This document shows positions 29,628 to 43,215 of a DNA stretch of 64,000 nt, piece by piece. This DNA comes from Octopus sinensis. Taxonomy: Eukaryota. The stretch is from positions 179,490,001 through 179,554,000 of the forward strand of contig NC_042997.1 of NCBI RefSeq assembly GCF_006345805.1. The letters run 5' to 3'. The translations under genes were made by a program, and so were the position numbers. The notes under the pieces are model-generated. The model was not told the origin of the DNA, searched no databases, and was given only the letters and a program-made list of their open reading frames with translations. Positions within the stretch are counted from its first letter, which is position 1. Each line of letters begins with the position of its first letter.

Positions 29628-30154
29628 TACAGATTTTCTACCTAGAAATATGTATGCAAGTACATATATACATACAGATTTTTATGTGAGGATTTGAGTC
29701 CAGAAGTTGTAGTGTGTGTGTGTGCATCCGTGCATATACACACACGCACGCACATGCATGTGCTTCAAAGTTTCTATGCGTATATATATATATTATATAT
29801 ATATATACGCATATTTTATGTATATTTATATAAATTAGTATGCACATGTATATATACAGATATATACACGTATATATGTGTATATATACACAATTGTATG
29901 TGTATATATACACATATGTATGTGTATATATACACATATGTATGTGTATATATATGTACTTATATAGATACACACATATCTACATGTACATACATGCATA
30001 CGTACACATATAAGGCACCTGCTTGTTGCTCCTACACCTGTCTTCACCTTTTATTGTCTCTAAAATTTGAACAATATATATACATACAAACACACGCATA
30101 TATACGTATATGTAGATATATATATATATATATACATATATACATATATATATG

Positions 30155-30219
<65 letters not shown>

Positions 30220-30713
30220 CATAGGTATATGTGTGTATGTATATGCCTACATAATTTCATGTAATGATTTTCGAACTTGACATGGTCTTCTAATTCACAT
30301 ATTACTTCGTGGCTGTTACTCATATTTATATTTTGCATGGCGTTGGAATTTTCTTATGTATAAAACAATTCATACTTGCTCAATACATTACACGTTGGAA
30401 ATGAGAGTGAAGATATTTATATAATCTATACACAAGGAAATACTTTTAAAAGGTATACTTGTAGCTTATGTACAAGGCTTGAAAGATTGCTGATTCGGTA
30501 GGCATCTCCTCGCTCTCTCTGTATACATACATACCTACTCATACACACATACATACATACACATATATATAAATATATATACACACACGCATACATTCGC
30601 ATAAATATGCATACATACGTTTGCATGTATATGTATGTATGCATCTATATGTATGTAAGATATTATTTATAAATCTCGATTGTAGAGGCAGGACAAATTC
30701 AACTTCATGTTTA

Positions 30714-30778
<65 letters not shown>

Positions 30779-30957
30779 TATATAGCTTCATTTCACAATA
30801 AAGCTTAACGAAGTCTCAAATTCCGAGATTAGTCATGAATCTCATTCTTCGAATCCCTTTCTTACGTCCATCCATCCATCCCTCCATCCAAGCATTCATC
30901 CATCCATCCATCTGTATGTGCTTACATACACAGCTCTCCCCCTCTCTCTTTCTCTAC

Positions 30958-31034
<77 letters not shown>

Positions 31035-31108
31035 ATTGTTTGTCTGCCTATCTATCTATGTATCTGTCTGTGTCTATCTACCTACCTATCTATCTGTTTG
31101 TCTATCTG

Positions 31109-31142
<34 letters not shown>

Positions 31143-31172
31143 AATTAATCTATCTATGTATGTATGTATATA

Positions 31173-31220
<48 letters not shown>

Positions 31221-31332
31221 CATATATACATATATATACATATATATATTATATAAGGCCATATATATATATATATTATATATATATATATCTGTGTGTG
31301 TGTTTGTGTGTATGTGTGTATATAGATATATT

Positions 31333-31408
<76 letters not shown>

Positions 31409-33531
31409 GAAATATGTCTGCATCTATATTGGTATTTCTGCACATGCTTCCAAATCAGCTTGATTCCATGTGATTTTATACCGTATGGCGGTGTAATAAC
31501 TTGGGATGTTGGTGACACATGGGCTTGAAAATGATTTTAATCAACTTAGCTAACTGAACAGATTTTATATTCCGGATTTCAATAAATCTCTGTCAAGTGG
31601 AATCCATCTGTTATCTACAGAGGTAACGTTTAGTGGTTTGTGCTTTGTTTTTCTGTTGTTTTTTTTTTATTTATTTCTTGTGTATCGATTTTATTTGACT
31701 GAATTTATCATTACTTGCTCGGTTTTGTGTAAGAAAGTGTTAGACAAGGAAGAAGTCAATTATAGTTATTTCTATTGCATTGTATCCGTCTTCTTTATAG
31801 CTTTGTTATCGTTCAGTACTATATTCTGTTGCAGCACGTCAGTCTTTTGTTGGATGGTTCCAGTTGAATTTTTTTTTTATGAGAAAAGATTGCTAACCCC
31901 CACCTATCCACTCAGTCTTCTCCATTTGTGAAGAATATAATTCAATGAGTGGATCTTCCCTCTCATGGTCGGTTTTTTTAAAGTACAAATTCTCCTTCGG
32001 CCCTCAGCTTCTGATGGATTCATGAGCCGGTGGATCCCAATCTCATCACAGCTACTTTCTTCCAGAACGAGAGACAGTCTGACAACTAGAAAGAAAATGT
32101 GAGTGAAAAAGAGACAGGGAAATATCGTTCCTAGTAATGGATTTGTATTTTATTTATCGACCCAAAAATGATGAAACAAAAGTTGGCCTTTGTGTGATTT
32201 GAAATTAGAGCACGGAGAATCGAAGATATTACCACACAGCAATCTATATAGCGCTGAAAAACATTATGAATTGGCCTCCTTAATGCAAAGAAAAGCGGTA
32301 AGAGAGATGAACGATCAACTATATTTCTTACTTTATTTATCGAACCCGGTATGAATGCAAATGGAAATTGCCTACGACCGGATTTTGACTCGGAGCGTAA
32401 AGTGCCGGAACTGATAACGAGAATTATTGTAACCGACACTCTAACGACTGTTCCAGATAGCTGTCATTATATTGTCGTCCAGAGTAGTTTTATTAAGTGC
32501 ATTATAAACCAGATATACTCACATACAAATACACATAAACATACATACTTACTGTGTTTAATCATACACATACATCCATCATTTACCAAACCGATTCATT
32601 TTTTTTTTTACTTTACTTTTCTTTTTTAGTTAACTTAACAACATCATTTTATTTTTGTTTAATTTTTTTTTTACTCGTACATCTTCTACATGTCCGGTTG
32701 AATGACGATCACAATATAAAAGCGAGAGATTTATGGCCTTATATAATTAATGAAGGAGAAACAATGACATGTCCGCCTCTCTCATTAGAAAAAAAAAAGC
32801 TAAAACAAACGAGAAGAAGAACAACAACAACAGTAATGATAATAATACCAATAGTAATAATAATACATTGGCGCAACCATAAAGTTATCAATATATCATC
32901 GTAAAACCATGCTATTAGTGGTTTGGGCGTGATAGTGTCGGGGCAAGTACTTGAGAAACTTAACACCATTCCTACGTTTTAACCCCAGACATCAATGATT
33001 AATTTTTAGCTTTGATATGAAGAAATGCCAAATCTCAAAAATTATATAACAATCAACTTCATCTATATCTTTCTTTTAATGCTACACTCTGTATAATCTA
33101 TAACTCGAAGCTGTGAGGTAGCAAACACGCAAGAACATCATGGACTATCAACATCGCCTGTCTCTTGTTGATTATTAGAAATAACAGTAATTATTCATAA
33201 TTTAGACACAAGGCCCGCAAATTTGAAAAGAGGAGGGTAGCCCATATTATCGACTCTAGTACTTGACTGGTACGTTATTCTATCTTCCGGGATATTGAAA
33301 GGTAAATTTGACCCTGACAGATATTTCAGGTTGAAATATCTGAAATTTCAGGAGAAAATACCTGGAAAGCATTTCTTCCGATGTTAGATTCAAGGCCAGA
33401 AATGTAGAAAGAAAGAGAACAGAGTATTATATGGACTCTAGTACATGTCTGGCCTCGATGAGATTTGAACATGGAACGCGAAGAGCCATGACAAAACACC
33501 ACAAGACATTTCTTCGCCACTATAGAGATTA

Positions 33532-33945
33532 TTTTTTACTTGTTTCAGTCATTTGATTGCACACATGCTGGAGCACCGCCTTAAATGGTTTTAGTTGAAG
33601 AAATCGACCCTAGGACTTATTCTTTGTAAACCTAGTGAGTAATCTATCGGTCTTCTTTGCCGAACCGCCAAGTTACGTGGACGTAAACACACCAGCTTCG
33701 GTTGTCAAGCGATGGCGGGGTGGGGAAGACACAAACACACGTACACACAAATACACACACACACATATAATATATATATTTTTACGACGTGCTTCTTTCA
33801 GTTTCCCTCTACCAAATCCACTTACACAGCTTTGTTCGGCCCGAAACTATAGTGAAAGACACTTGCCCAAGGTACAACGCAATGGGACTGAACCCGGAAC
33901 CATGTGGTTGGGAAGCAAGCTTCTTACTACTCAGCCACGCCTGCA
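33532..33945 (-). mobile_element. Full-length SINE family B (tRNA head + CORE-like + internal microsatellite + 3' half)
   Basis: Both halves present, joined by a (CA)/(TA) tract; TTGGGCAAGTGTCTT CORE-like motif on the minus strand. Confidence 0.88.
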
Positions 33946-33946
33946 C

Positions 33947-34008
<62 letters not shown>

Positions 34009-34289
34009 AGGTTTTCAAAAGGTGACCCAAAATATGCCAAGAGGCATGATCAATTTAATGGCCCTCAATATTTGACTGGTACTTTATATCGTAATTTTCC
34101 TATTTAATCAGTAAAAAATGATATTGATACTCGAATCCAGGAGGAATTTTAGCTGACAACGTAGCACAGCGAACAAAAAAATATCACAAGATCTTTTGTT
34201 CGGCACTCTGGCGACTCTGTTTCTCAACCATACTAATAACGACACAAATATATTAATTTCTAAGATAGATGTTAAAGACCACATATAAT

Positions 34290-34625
34290 GGAGTGAGGTG
34301 TGTTAGTGTATTAACTTCACTCCAGTACATAGGTAGATACTTTCTCAATACTTTCTGTTATCGACTTCGGAAAAAATGAGGTGTGAATTTAAACACGGCG
34401 AGATTTGAAATCAGAATATAAAGGGCTGCAACTGAATACTGCAAAACCTCAGTTTCTAACAATACGGAACAAGTTAAGGGATAAGATCTGTTCCAAATTT
34501 TGGCACAAGGTCAACAGATTCAATCGGGTGTTAGTTGATAAGACAGAGTCCAGAGCTCAATTAGTACTTATTTTTTGCGCCCACGAAGGGATAAAAGGTA
34601 AAGTTCATATCGGTATGTCAGTGTC

Positions 34626-34663
<38 letters not shown>

Positions 34664-35345
34664 CCTTTCTATTATAGACACAGGGCCTGAATTTTTTGTG
34701 GGGGGTGGGTGGATAGCCAATTATATCGAACCCAGCACTCAATTGGTACTTAATTTATTGACCCCGAAAAGATGAAAGGCAAGGTCGACCTCGTCGGAAT
34801 ATGAACTCAGAACGTAGCGACAGACGAAATAGCGCTAAACAGTTCGTCCGGCGCGCTAACGATTCTGCCAGCTCACCGCCGTAGAAGTAGTAGTAGTAGT
34901 AATAGTAGTCGTTCTGCTAAAGGCACAAGGTCTGAAATTTTGTGGGAGAGGACTAGTCGATTACATCGACCCCAGTTTTTCACTGGTACTTAATTTATTG
35001 ACACCGAAAGGATGAAAGTAAATGTCAGCCTTAGCTGAATTTGAAATCAGAACGTAGCGACGGGCGAAATGCCGCTACACATTTTGTCAGGCGTGCTGAC
35101 GATTCTGGCAGCTTGCTGCCTCAAAAATAATTCTTTGTAAATTTTGCACAAGGCCACCAGTTTTGAAGGGAGGAAGTCGATTACATTAACCCCCCAGTAC
35201 TAGGCTGGTACTTATTTTATCGATTCCGCAGGCAGGAAACGCAAAGTTGACCTCAGCAGAATTTGAACTCAGAGCCCGATGAGTGGGAAGAAATGCCGCT
35301 AAGCATTTTTCCCGACGTGTTAACGATTCTGCCAGCTCGCCGCCT
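34290..35345 (-). mobile_element. Train of ~5 co-oriented family-A-type SINEs separated by (TAA)/(TAG) tracts
   Basis: Modules begin near 34300, 34500, 34670, 34920 and 35140, each with the GATGAAAGG..GTCGACC..GAATTTGAACTCAGAAC core. Confidence 0.85.
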
Positions 35346-35558
35346 TAACAATAATGATAATAATAGTAATAATAATAATAATGATAATAATAACAATAAA
35401 AAAGAGAAGTATGATGAAGAAGAGGAAAAGGAAGAAGAGGAAGAGGTGGAAGAAGCAGAAGAAGAAGAAGCGGCGTATATGGTCATAAGGATTACTTTGG
35501 ACGAAGTAAAATGTTGACGTTTGACTGAAACATTATATTGCCGATCGATCACTTATAC

Positions 35559-35594
<36 letters not shown>

Positions 35595-36849
35595 ATAGTT
35601 TTATATATGTAAGTGTATATATATATGTATAGATATGTGAATATATATATACATATGTACATATAAATATACAAGTATACATATATAAATATGTGTGTAT
35701 GCTTAAATATATATGTGTGTGAGTGTGTGTGTGGTGTGTGTGTTTATGTATATGTATGTGTGTACACACACATATTCATGCACACACATATATTAGTGGG
35801 ACTATATCGATTGTTTGCGGCTGAAGGTGCGTTTAAAACTCGAGACGTGTGAAATGGAATTAAATATTATAGCGTTCCAATGGAACATTCTGCTGTCTCG
35901 CCCCCATGACTTATGTCAATCTCACTAATGATGGAAAATAATATAAGTTAAAATAAAATTTATAAACGAATGACAGAATGCCAACTCTTTCTCCATTAAC
36001 GATTCGTATAAACATCCCTATAAACAAAGATTTGATTTTGATTTTCCAGTTTCAGCTAATGAGCTGTGGCCATGCTGGGGCACCGCCATTGTTAAACAAA
36101 TGTTAAACAAATATGATATTTTTTTTGGTCGTTTATGAATCATAAAGTAATAGATAATTTTAAACATGAGAGAAGATAATTGACATAGAAAAAAAAGGAA
36201 CAAAATCAAACAAACAAACCTCCAGCTTTGGAAAATAAAAGATAAAAAGTTAGTATATTTGTCCAGCTTTAATTAAAAGATGTTGATCCAACTTGGTCGA
36301 GAAATCAAAATGCTTTCTCCCTTTTACATAGTCCTTCGTGTGGCTCTCAGTAATAACCGAAACCTCAAACATCTTTAAGAAAACGGGGAAATATGTTAAG
36401 CAAGAAGTAAATCACAGATATTAAGAAACTAGAAGCATATAAAGTGTGTATATGCCTATACATATGTGTGTGTGTGTATGTATGCATATCTATATGCTTT
36501 CACGTAATCATGTCGACCATAGTAGTAACTCCGTGTCAGTAAAAGTAACAACGTAGCAGCTATGTGGAATAATAACACGTGTAAAATGTAAATGCCAGTG
36601 CCCGGATGTATCGGTAACACCTTGTAGACAACAGCAAAATTGATGTAGATGCAACAGATTTGGATGTAGAGGCAAGCATTCGGATATTTGCAGTGGTTAC
36701 CACGGGACTTTGTCAAATAGTGGATATAGATCTATTGTCAAACAACTGCTGGCGAATGTTGTGGGTGGGTGTTGACGACGTCGATGGAAAATTTAACAAA
36801 AAAAAAGGAAAAAAAAAAAACAACGTGTTTTCGTAGAGCCAATGAGAGA

Positions 36850-37280
36850 GCAAGCCTTTACGTGGTCATCGATCTGTTAGAAATAACAACCAAATATCGC
36901 TCAACACCGAAGTGTCTTTTTAAAAAAATAATAATAATAAACAGGATTACATATTTGATGATGCAGTCTGAGATAGACAATGTCGGAAAAGAATGGGATT
37001 GACACTGTCAGAACGCCTTTGATCATAGGCCTGCTCGGTCAGGGCTGACCTGGGGCGGGGCTACACCACACCAACACCAACAACAATAACATCCAGTGAG
37101 GGAGCTTCGACATGGTTTGCGATCTACTAGAAACTGTAACCAAAGCTCACTTAAATCACACCGCAACGTAGATCCTTTGTTCACTGTACGTTGGAAAAAT
37201 ATGGGATGGCCATGGCTGGAATACTTTTGATCATAGGCTCGCTCAATGAAAGTCGACATGAGGACGGGTTAAGCAACAGT
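36850..37280. mobile_element. Fragments of a further interspersed repeat family (E)
   Basis: GATCT..TAGAAA..CCAAA..CAC and TTTGATCATAGG..CTC motifs recur at 17810-17960, 40200-40390 and (inverted) 41360-41500. Confidence 0.55.
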
Positions 37281-37757
37281 AATAACAATAACAACAATAA
37301 CAATAACAACAACAACATCTTCCTCGAAGGGCAGCGCTCGGATGCACAGTGAGGACAAGTTGTTGATGCATTGACAGCAGCAGCAGCAGCAGCAGCAGCC
37401 GAGAATGGGCTGTAATGTAGCACGTGTGGCAAGAAGATACAAAAGCAGTATATCTCGGATGTTGCACTATCGACGGTAGCTGAGCTGCTGTTGAGAGAAA
37501 CTGACTGACAGCGATTGTAGGTGGATGGATGGATAGATAGCTGGCTGCCTGGATGGATGGATGGATGGATGGATGGATGTGACACATGTGTACTTGTAGT
37601 GGTAAATGCCCGGATGTAACGGTAACCAAAAAAAAAAAAAAGTATTGTTATAAACTGTTGCGATAAAAGCTTAGGAATGAACATCACACATTATTTACTT
37701 GGAATTACAAAATACCTCGGATGTAGTGGTAATAATCCAGAAATGCATATTATTGCA

Positions 37758-38138
37758 CTCTTTTATTTGTTTCAGTCATGTGACTGTGGCCATGCTGGAG
37801 CACCGCCTTTAGTCGAGCAAATCGACCCCGGCACTTATTCTTTGTAAGCCCAGTACTTATTCTATCGGTCTCTTTTGCCGAACCGCTAGGTGACGGGGAC
37901 GTAAACACACCAGCATCGGTTGTCAAGCAATGCTAGGGGAACAAACACAGACACACAAACACACACACACATACATATATACGACAGGCTTCTTTCAGTT
38001 TTCGTCTACCAAATCCACTCACAAGGCGTTGGTCGGCCCGGGGCTATAGCAGAAGACACTTGCCCAAGATGCCACGCAGTGGGACTGAACCCGGAACAAT
38101 GTGGTTGGTTAGCAAGCTACTTACCACGCAACCACTAC
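37758..38138 (-). mobile_element. Full-length SINE family B
   Basis: 3' half 37758-37940, internal (CA)/(TA), then CORE-like segment and tRNA head 37980-38138. Confidence 0.92.
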
Positions 38139-38249
38139 TGCACGAGTAGTTAAAATAATAAGTAACTCAGGTGTATTACTCTTTAAAGAATGCAAATGAA
38201 ATTTAATAGTAGTAATTAATGGTTTATTAACTAATCGTAGCAACGCGGA

Positions 38250-40000
38250 GGGAATAATTTCGGTCCGATGTTATTTATAACACGATTATTCCTCGTGTTA
38301 GTATCCCAGATGTAGCGATACATGTTCAAGAACGTAATTCATTTCACATGTAGTTTTAATGATAGCGACCCGGCTTTACCGGTAATAACTGTAATAAATG
38401 TTATAAAGGAACGTGTATTATTCGACGTTTAATTCTAAATATGGTACCCTAAGTGTAGCGCTACAGGTTAACGATGTATACCTATACCATCTCATGTGTG
38501 GATCTAATGATAGAAGTCAGAATGACGGTAACAACTATACGGTAAATAGTTACAGAAAGTATATCATCAAAAGAGTTGTTATTATAGCAGTAACTCACAT
38601 CAGCGTCACTAATAGTTGCAATATCAGCAAGAAAATATTTATATCACATGAGTAGTTATAGCGATATAGAGCCCACATGTAGTTGTAATAACTGCTGATG
38701 TAACTGTAGCAACAACGTCTAAAGAATTTGAAGATGTTATGTATAGTCGTAACGATAGTATACCGTATGTAGCAGTAACAATTCTAGCAGTGATAGTTGC
38801 AATGAATAACTCTAGAAATGTGGATAACACACGTGTAGTTGTAACAGTTGAGACGCGCATATAGCTGTAACAGTTCTACACTAGTAGCTCTGCTAAGTGT
38901 GGCTGTCACATGTATAGTTGTGAAGGTAATACTCCATATGTTTAAGTAATAATTCTTGTAGTGTTACTCGCAATGAATAACTTTAGAAACGTATACATCA
39001 CACGTGTAGTTGGAATGTTAGTTATAATGTTAAGTCTCGCATATAGCAGTAGAAAATCTTATAGTGATGGTTGTTGTAATAACTCTGGAAAGGCGGCTAC
39101 CACACGCATAGTTGTAATGATAGCTGTGAGGTAGCTGGCAGAAACGTTAGCACGCCGGGCGAAATGCGTAGCCGTATTTCGTCTGCCGTTACGTTCTGAG
39201 TTCAAATTCCGCCGAGGTCGACTTTGCCTTTCATCCTTTCGGGGTCGATAAATTAAGTACCAGTTACGTACTGGGGTTGATATAATCGATTTAATCCGTT
39301 TGTCTGTCCTTGTTTGTCCTCTCTGTGTTTAGCCCCTTGTGGGTAGTAAAGAAATAGGTATAACTTTAGGTATCACGCGTAAAGTAGTATCTCATATGTA
39401 CGAATAACATTCTAGAAGGGATTGTTAGAATAATAGCGCTTTAAATGTGGCAAACACAAGTTTAGCTATAATGGAAGACCCCATACATTGCAGCACAATT
39501 CTAGTAATTTTAGTTGTAATAAATAACTTTGCAAGTGTGCAACTGTAATGTTAGCTACAATTCTAGCAGTGATAATTACAATAACAGTTCTGTGAATCTG
39601 GTTGTTAATCCACGAAGTGTAATGAAATTTTTCCATATGCAACACTAAGGATTTTGGTTCTATAGTTAGTTACAGTAATAGTTCTGGCAATGTGGCCCCT
39701 ATACGTGAAACTGCACCGTTAGTATCCCATATGTAACCATAAAAATTCATAACAGTAATACTTACGGTAATAATACTAATCCGCATAACTATAGTGATAG
39801 TATCCCTTATGTAACAAGAAGAATTCTAGCAGTGCTCGCTATAGAAATAATTCTGAAAATCTGACCAACTAGCCACGTTGTTGTAATGGTAGTCTCCCAT
39901 ATGTAGCAATGAGAATCTTAGCAATGATTGTTGAAATAAATAGCTCTAGAAATGTAGATTTCACACAAGTAGCTAAAATGATAATGACCCGTATAATTGT
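38250..40000. repeat. Degenerate minisatellite, unit ~80-100 bp
   Basis: Recurring AATAACTCTAGAAATGTGG..CACACGTGTAGTTGTAA..GTATCCCATATGTAGCAGTAACAATTCTAGCAGTGATAGTTGC; AATAAC anchors at 38805, 38976 and 39078. Confidence 0.8.
39128..39360 (+). mobile_element. Full-length SINE family A inserted in the minisatellite
   Basis: Head AGCTGGCAGAAACGTTAGC, B-box-like GAGTTCAAATTCC, core GTCGACTTTGCCTTTCATCC, end AAAGAAATAGGTA. Confidence 0.93.
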
Positions 40001-40769
40001 TGTTTCATAGTTGAAATATCAGGCAAGGAGAACGAACGGTTACGTAAGTATTAGAAATGACACGCATGGATTTTGTGGTAACAACTTTACCTATAATGAA
40101 CATAGTGATATTTGCTGCTTGAGTGTGAATGCTACACAAACTGTTGCTATGGTAACACATGGATTCAATGCTAACAAATTTAGCTCTAAAAAAGAAAAAG
40201 CAAGCAAACTAATAAAAGCCATTCTCATGTGAAAGTCTTTAGCTGGTTGCTTAAATTGCTAAAAATAGTAGCTACTTATTTTTCTTTCAAAATAAAAGCT
40301 ACCTAGAGTACGGGATGGTCATAGTTGGAAAACTTTTCATCACAGCTTCTCCCAGTCAAGGTTGGATTGTTATTCAACAACAACAACAACAATAGCAACA
40401 ACAGCAACAAATGTTCATGATACAACGTGATCAGGAGTAACAGTACCCGGATGTATACGCAACAAGGTGATAATACCCGGATGTGAAGGTAAAAGACACA
40501 CATGCACATACACCCGCACTGATTCTGAGTAATCAAATCAAGGTAAACTAACAGGTGTAGAAGCTACGTGTCGTGTCAGTACCCGGATGCAATAATTAGT
40601 ATCATAGGTGTAGGAGTGGCTGTATGGTAAGTAGCTTGCTTACCAAACACATGGCTCCGAGTTCAGTCCCACTGCGCGGCACTTTGGGCAAGTGTCTTCT
40701 ACTATAGCCTCGGGCCGACCAAAGCCTTGTGAGTGGATTTGGTAGACGGAAACTGAAAGAAGCCCGTCG

Positions 40770-40819
<50 letters not shown>

Positions 40820-40842
40820 GGTGTGTGTGTGTATGTATATAT

Positions 40843-40882
<40 letters not shown>

Positions 40883-40886
<4 letters not shown>

Positions 40887-41056
40887 ATCCAAACAAGAAA
40901 ACACAAAACAAAAAAACACAATAACGTGAGGACGTGGAACATATAAAGTATTATTGGACGCTCAGGAAAGAAGGGAAGAAGGAGGGTTTAACGTTTCGAG
41001 CGGAGCTCTTCGTCGGAAACATAGGAGAAGGAAAGCCAGAGGAAAAAAATCGCCAG

Positions 41057-41058
<2 letters not shown>
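40883..41058 (-). mobile_element. Solo PLE-type terminal repeat fragment
   Basis: Same layout as 4480-4658: HHR motif, TTCCTGAG(C/G)G..AATAC, T-rich tail, then (TA)n. Confidence 0.75.
40986..41020 (-). ncRNA. Minimal hammerhead motif (core variant CCGACGA)
   Basis: Minus strand GTTT-CCGACGA-A-GAGC tcc GCTC-GAAA-CGTT-AAAC; U4 is changed to C. Confidence 0.6.
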
Positions 41059-41099
<41 letters not shown>

Positions 41100-42021
41100 C
41101 ATGTGTGTATGTTTGTGTGTCTGTATTTGCCCCTTCCCCCCAACATCACTTGGCAACTGATGCTGGTGTGTTTACGTCCCCGTAACTTAGCAATTCGGCA
41201 AAAGAGACCGATAGAATAAGTACTAGGATTACAAAGAATAAGTCCTGGGGTCGATTTGCTCGACTAAAAGCAGTGCTCCAGCATGGCCGCAGTCAAATGA
41301 CTGAAACAAGTAAAAAATTAAAAGAATAGAAGAGTAACGGTAACTAAAGCAACATTTAGAAATGTAGCTGTTGTTGTTTCGCCCTTGGTCAGTTTTCTGA
41401 GCAGACTCCTAAACAATTGTGCTCAAGCTATGACCGTTCCTTTATTTCAATTGGGTATTACGTACAGTTCAATGTATACAGCTCTTTTGGAGACATTAGG
41501 GAGTAATCAGAGAGAGTTTTAGCTACTACGTGTAGTCTAAACATTCATACGGAAGCTTGCTTGCTCGTTGTGGAGTTGTAGAGATGTGGAGTGGTAGAGG
41601 TAACAACCGGATAGACACAATAACAATGTCGTCGAACTGAAGTGATAATGATAAGTGAAGATTATCACTCCTAGCTATCATGAACACACAACGAGGTGGG
41701 AACCTTCTGTGTGGTCGCTGGAATTTCTAGAAATAGATGACAGATCTCCACCAGTTCTCATCAAATATCGTATCGGGGAAAAAAATAAGAGGAGGCACAT
41801 GGTATGACAATAACTACAAGATATCTGTAAGACAAAAACACGTGATGGTTAAAGTTAACTTTGGCAAAACAATAACATCAACAACAACAGCCATGATAAC
41901 AGCTAAGGAGACACGGTTCTTTTTTTTCGCTCGTCATGTTATAAATAGCAGCCAATTTCCCGCAACGTAATCTCTTTTATCTTAATTATAGGTTAATGCA
42001 ATTACTTCTTACATATATAAA

Positions 42022-42254
42022 GACTCCGCCGGTTACGACGACGAGGGTCCCAGCTGATACGATCAACGGAACAGCTTGCTCGTGAAATTAACGTGCGAAT
42101 GGCTGAGCATTCCACAGACACGTGTACCCTTAACGTAGTTCTCAGGGATAATCAGCGTGACACAGAGAGTGACAAGGCTGACCCTTTGAAATACAAGTAC
42201 AACTCATTTTTGCCAGCTGAGTTGACTGGAGCAACGTGAAATAAAGTGTCTTGC
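42022..42254 (-). mobile_element. SINE family D, 5'-truncated in the CORE-like segment
   Basis: ACTCATTT..CAGCTGAG..GACTGGAGCAACGTGAAATAAAGTGTCTTGC is shared with 49840-49890; the body is shared with 49450-49575. Confidence 0.8.
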
Positions 42255-42906
42255 ACCTGAACGTAAGATAGGATAGGCATGACCGGAAGGCTCGAAGAGA
42301 TATGAACAGGTGATAAATAATAACAATATTAATAACAAGTATTTAGAATTTAAAGTATTTACTGTCGATACATGATGTAGGATATAAGAGATATTAACTT
42401 AGAGAGAGAGGGCTACATAAAACATCTTAAAAATGCCAAGGTGTACCGTTTGGAAGAGAAGATCTAGTAGGTACTAAGAAAGCTAGTGGCTGTTAATGAC
42501 ACGTTTGATGTACTGGGAATACACAGATATTAGAGGCAACATTGAAAGCTACGTTTCACTTTGTTGTATATCCTCAAATCGGCCTTCATTGATCAGGCAT
42601 ATGATCAGAAGTGACCCCTCTATCACACGTAACTATTTCTTCCTTGTCAACTAGTTCTTTATTCAGAAATACTACGAATAGGACCATATTAAACATTTAC
42701 TTTCCATTTAGCAGGCTATTGTATAATTTGAGGGAAATTTGGTGACTACTTCTAGAATATTCCCTGTTGGTTCAAACTATTTCACACCACATGGTCTCAG
42801 GTTTGATTCCCGTAACCGAATATTATTTGTGAATATTCACAAAACAGTTGGTACGTTACTTCAGGCCATAGGTTTGTGCAGACCAAAGTGAGTAAGAAGA
42901 ATTCCG

Positions 42907-43215
42907 TTATGTATGTATGCATACATGCAAGTAGGTATGTATGTATACATATGTATGTATGTACGTATGCATGCATGTATGTATGCATGCACGTATGCAT
43001 GCATGTAAGTATGCATGTATGTATGCATGCACGTATGCATGCATGTATGTACGCATGCATGCATGCACGTATGCTTGCATGTATGTATGCATGCACGTAT
43101 GTATGTATGTATGCATGTATGTATGCATGAATGTATGTATGCATGCACGCACGTTTGCATGTATGCACGTATGCACGCATGTATGCATGCATGCATGTAT
43201 GTATGTATGTATGTG
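42907..43215. repeat. (TATG)/(CATG)/(CACG) mosaic microsatellite
   Basis: Directly visible. Confidence 0.97.

Larger units (their letters stand above)
40613..41330 (+). mobile_element. SINE family B whose internal (TA)n is interrupted by a PLE terminal-repeat fragment
   Basis: Head and CORE-like segment 40613-40770, (TA)n, insert 40883-41058, (TA)n, 3' half 41140-41330. Confidence 0.88.
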
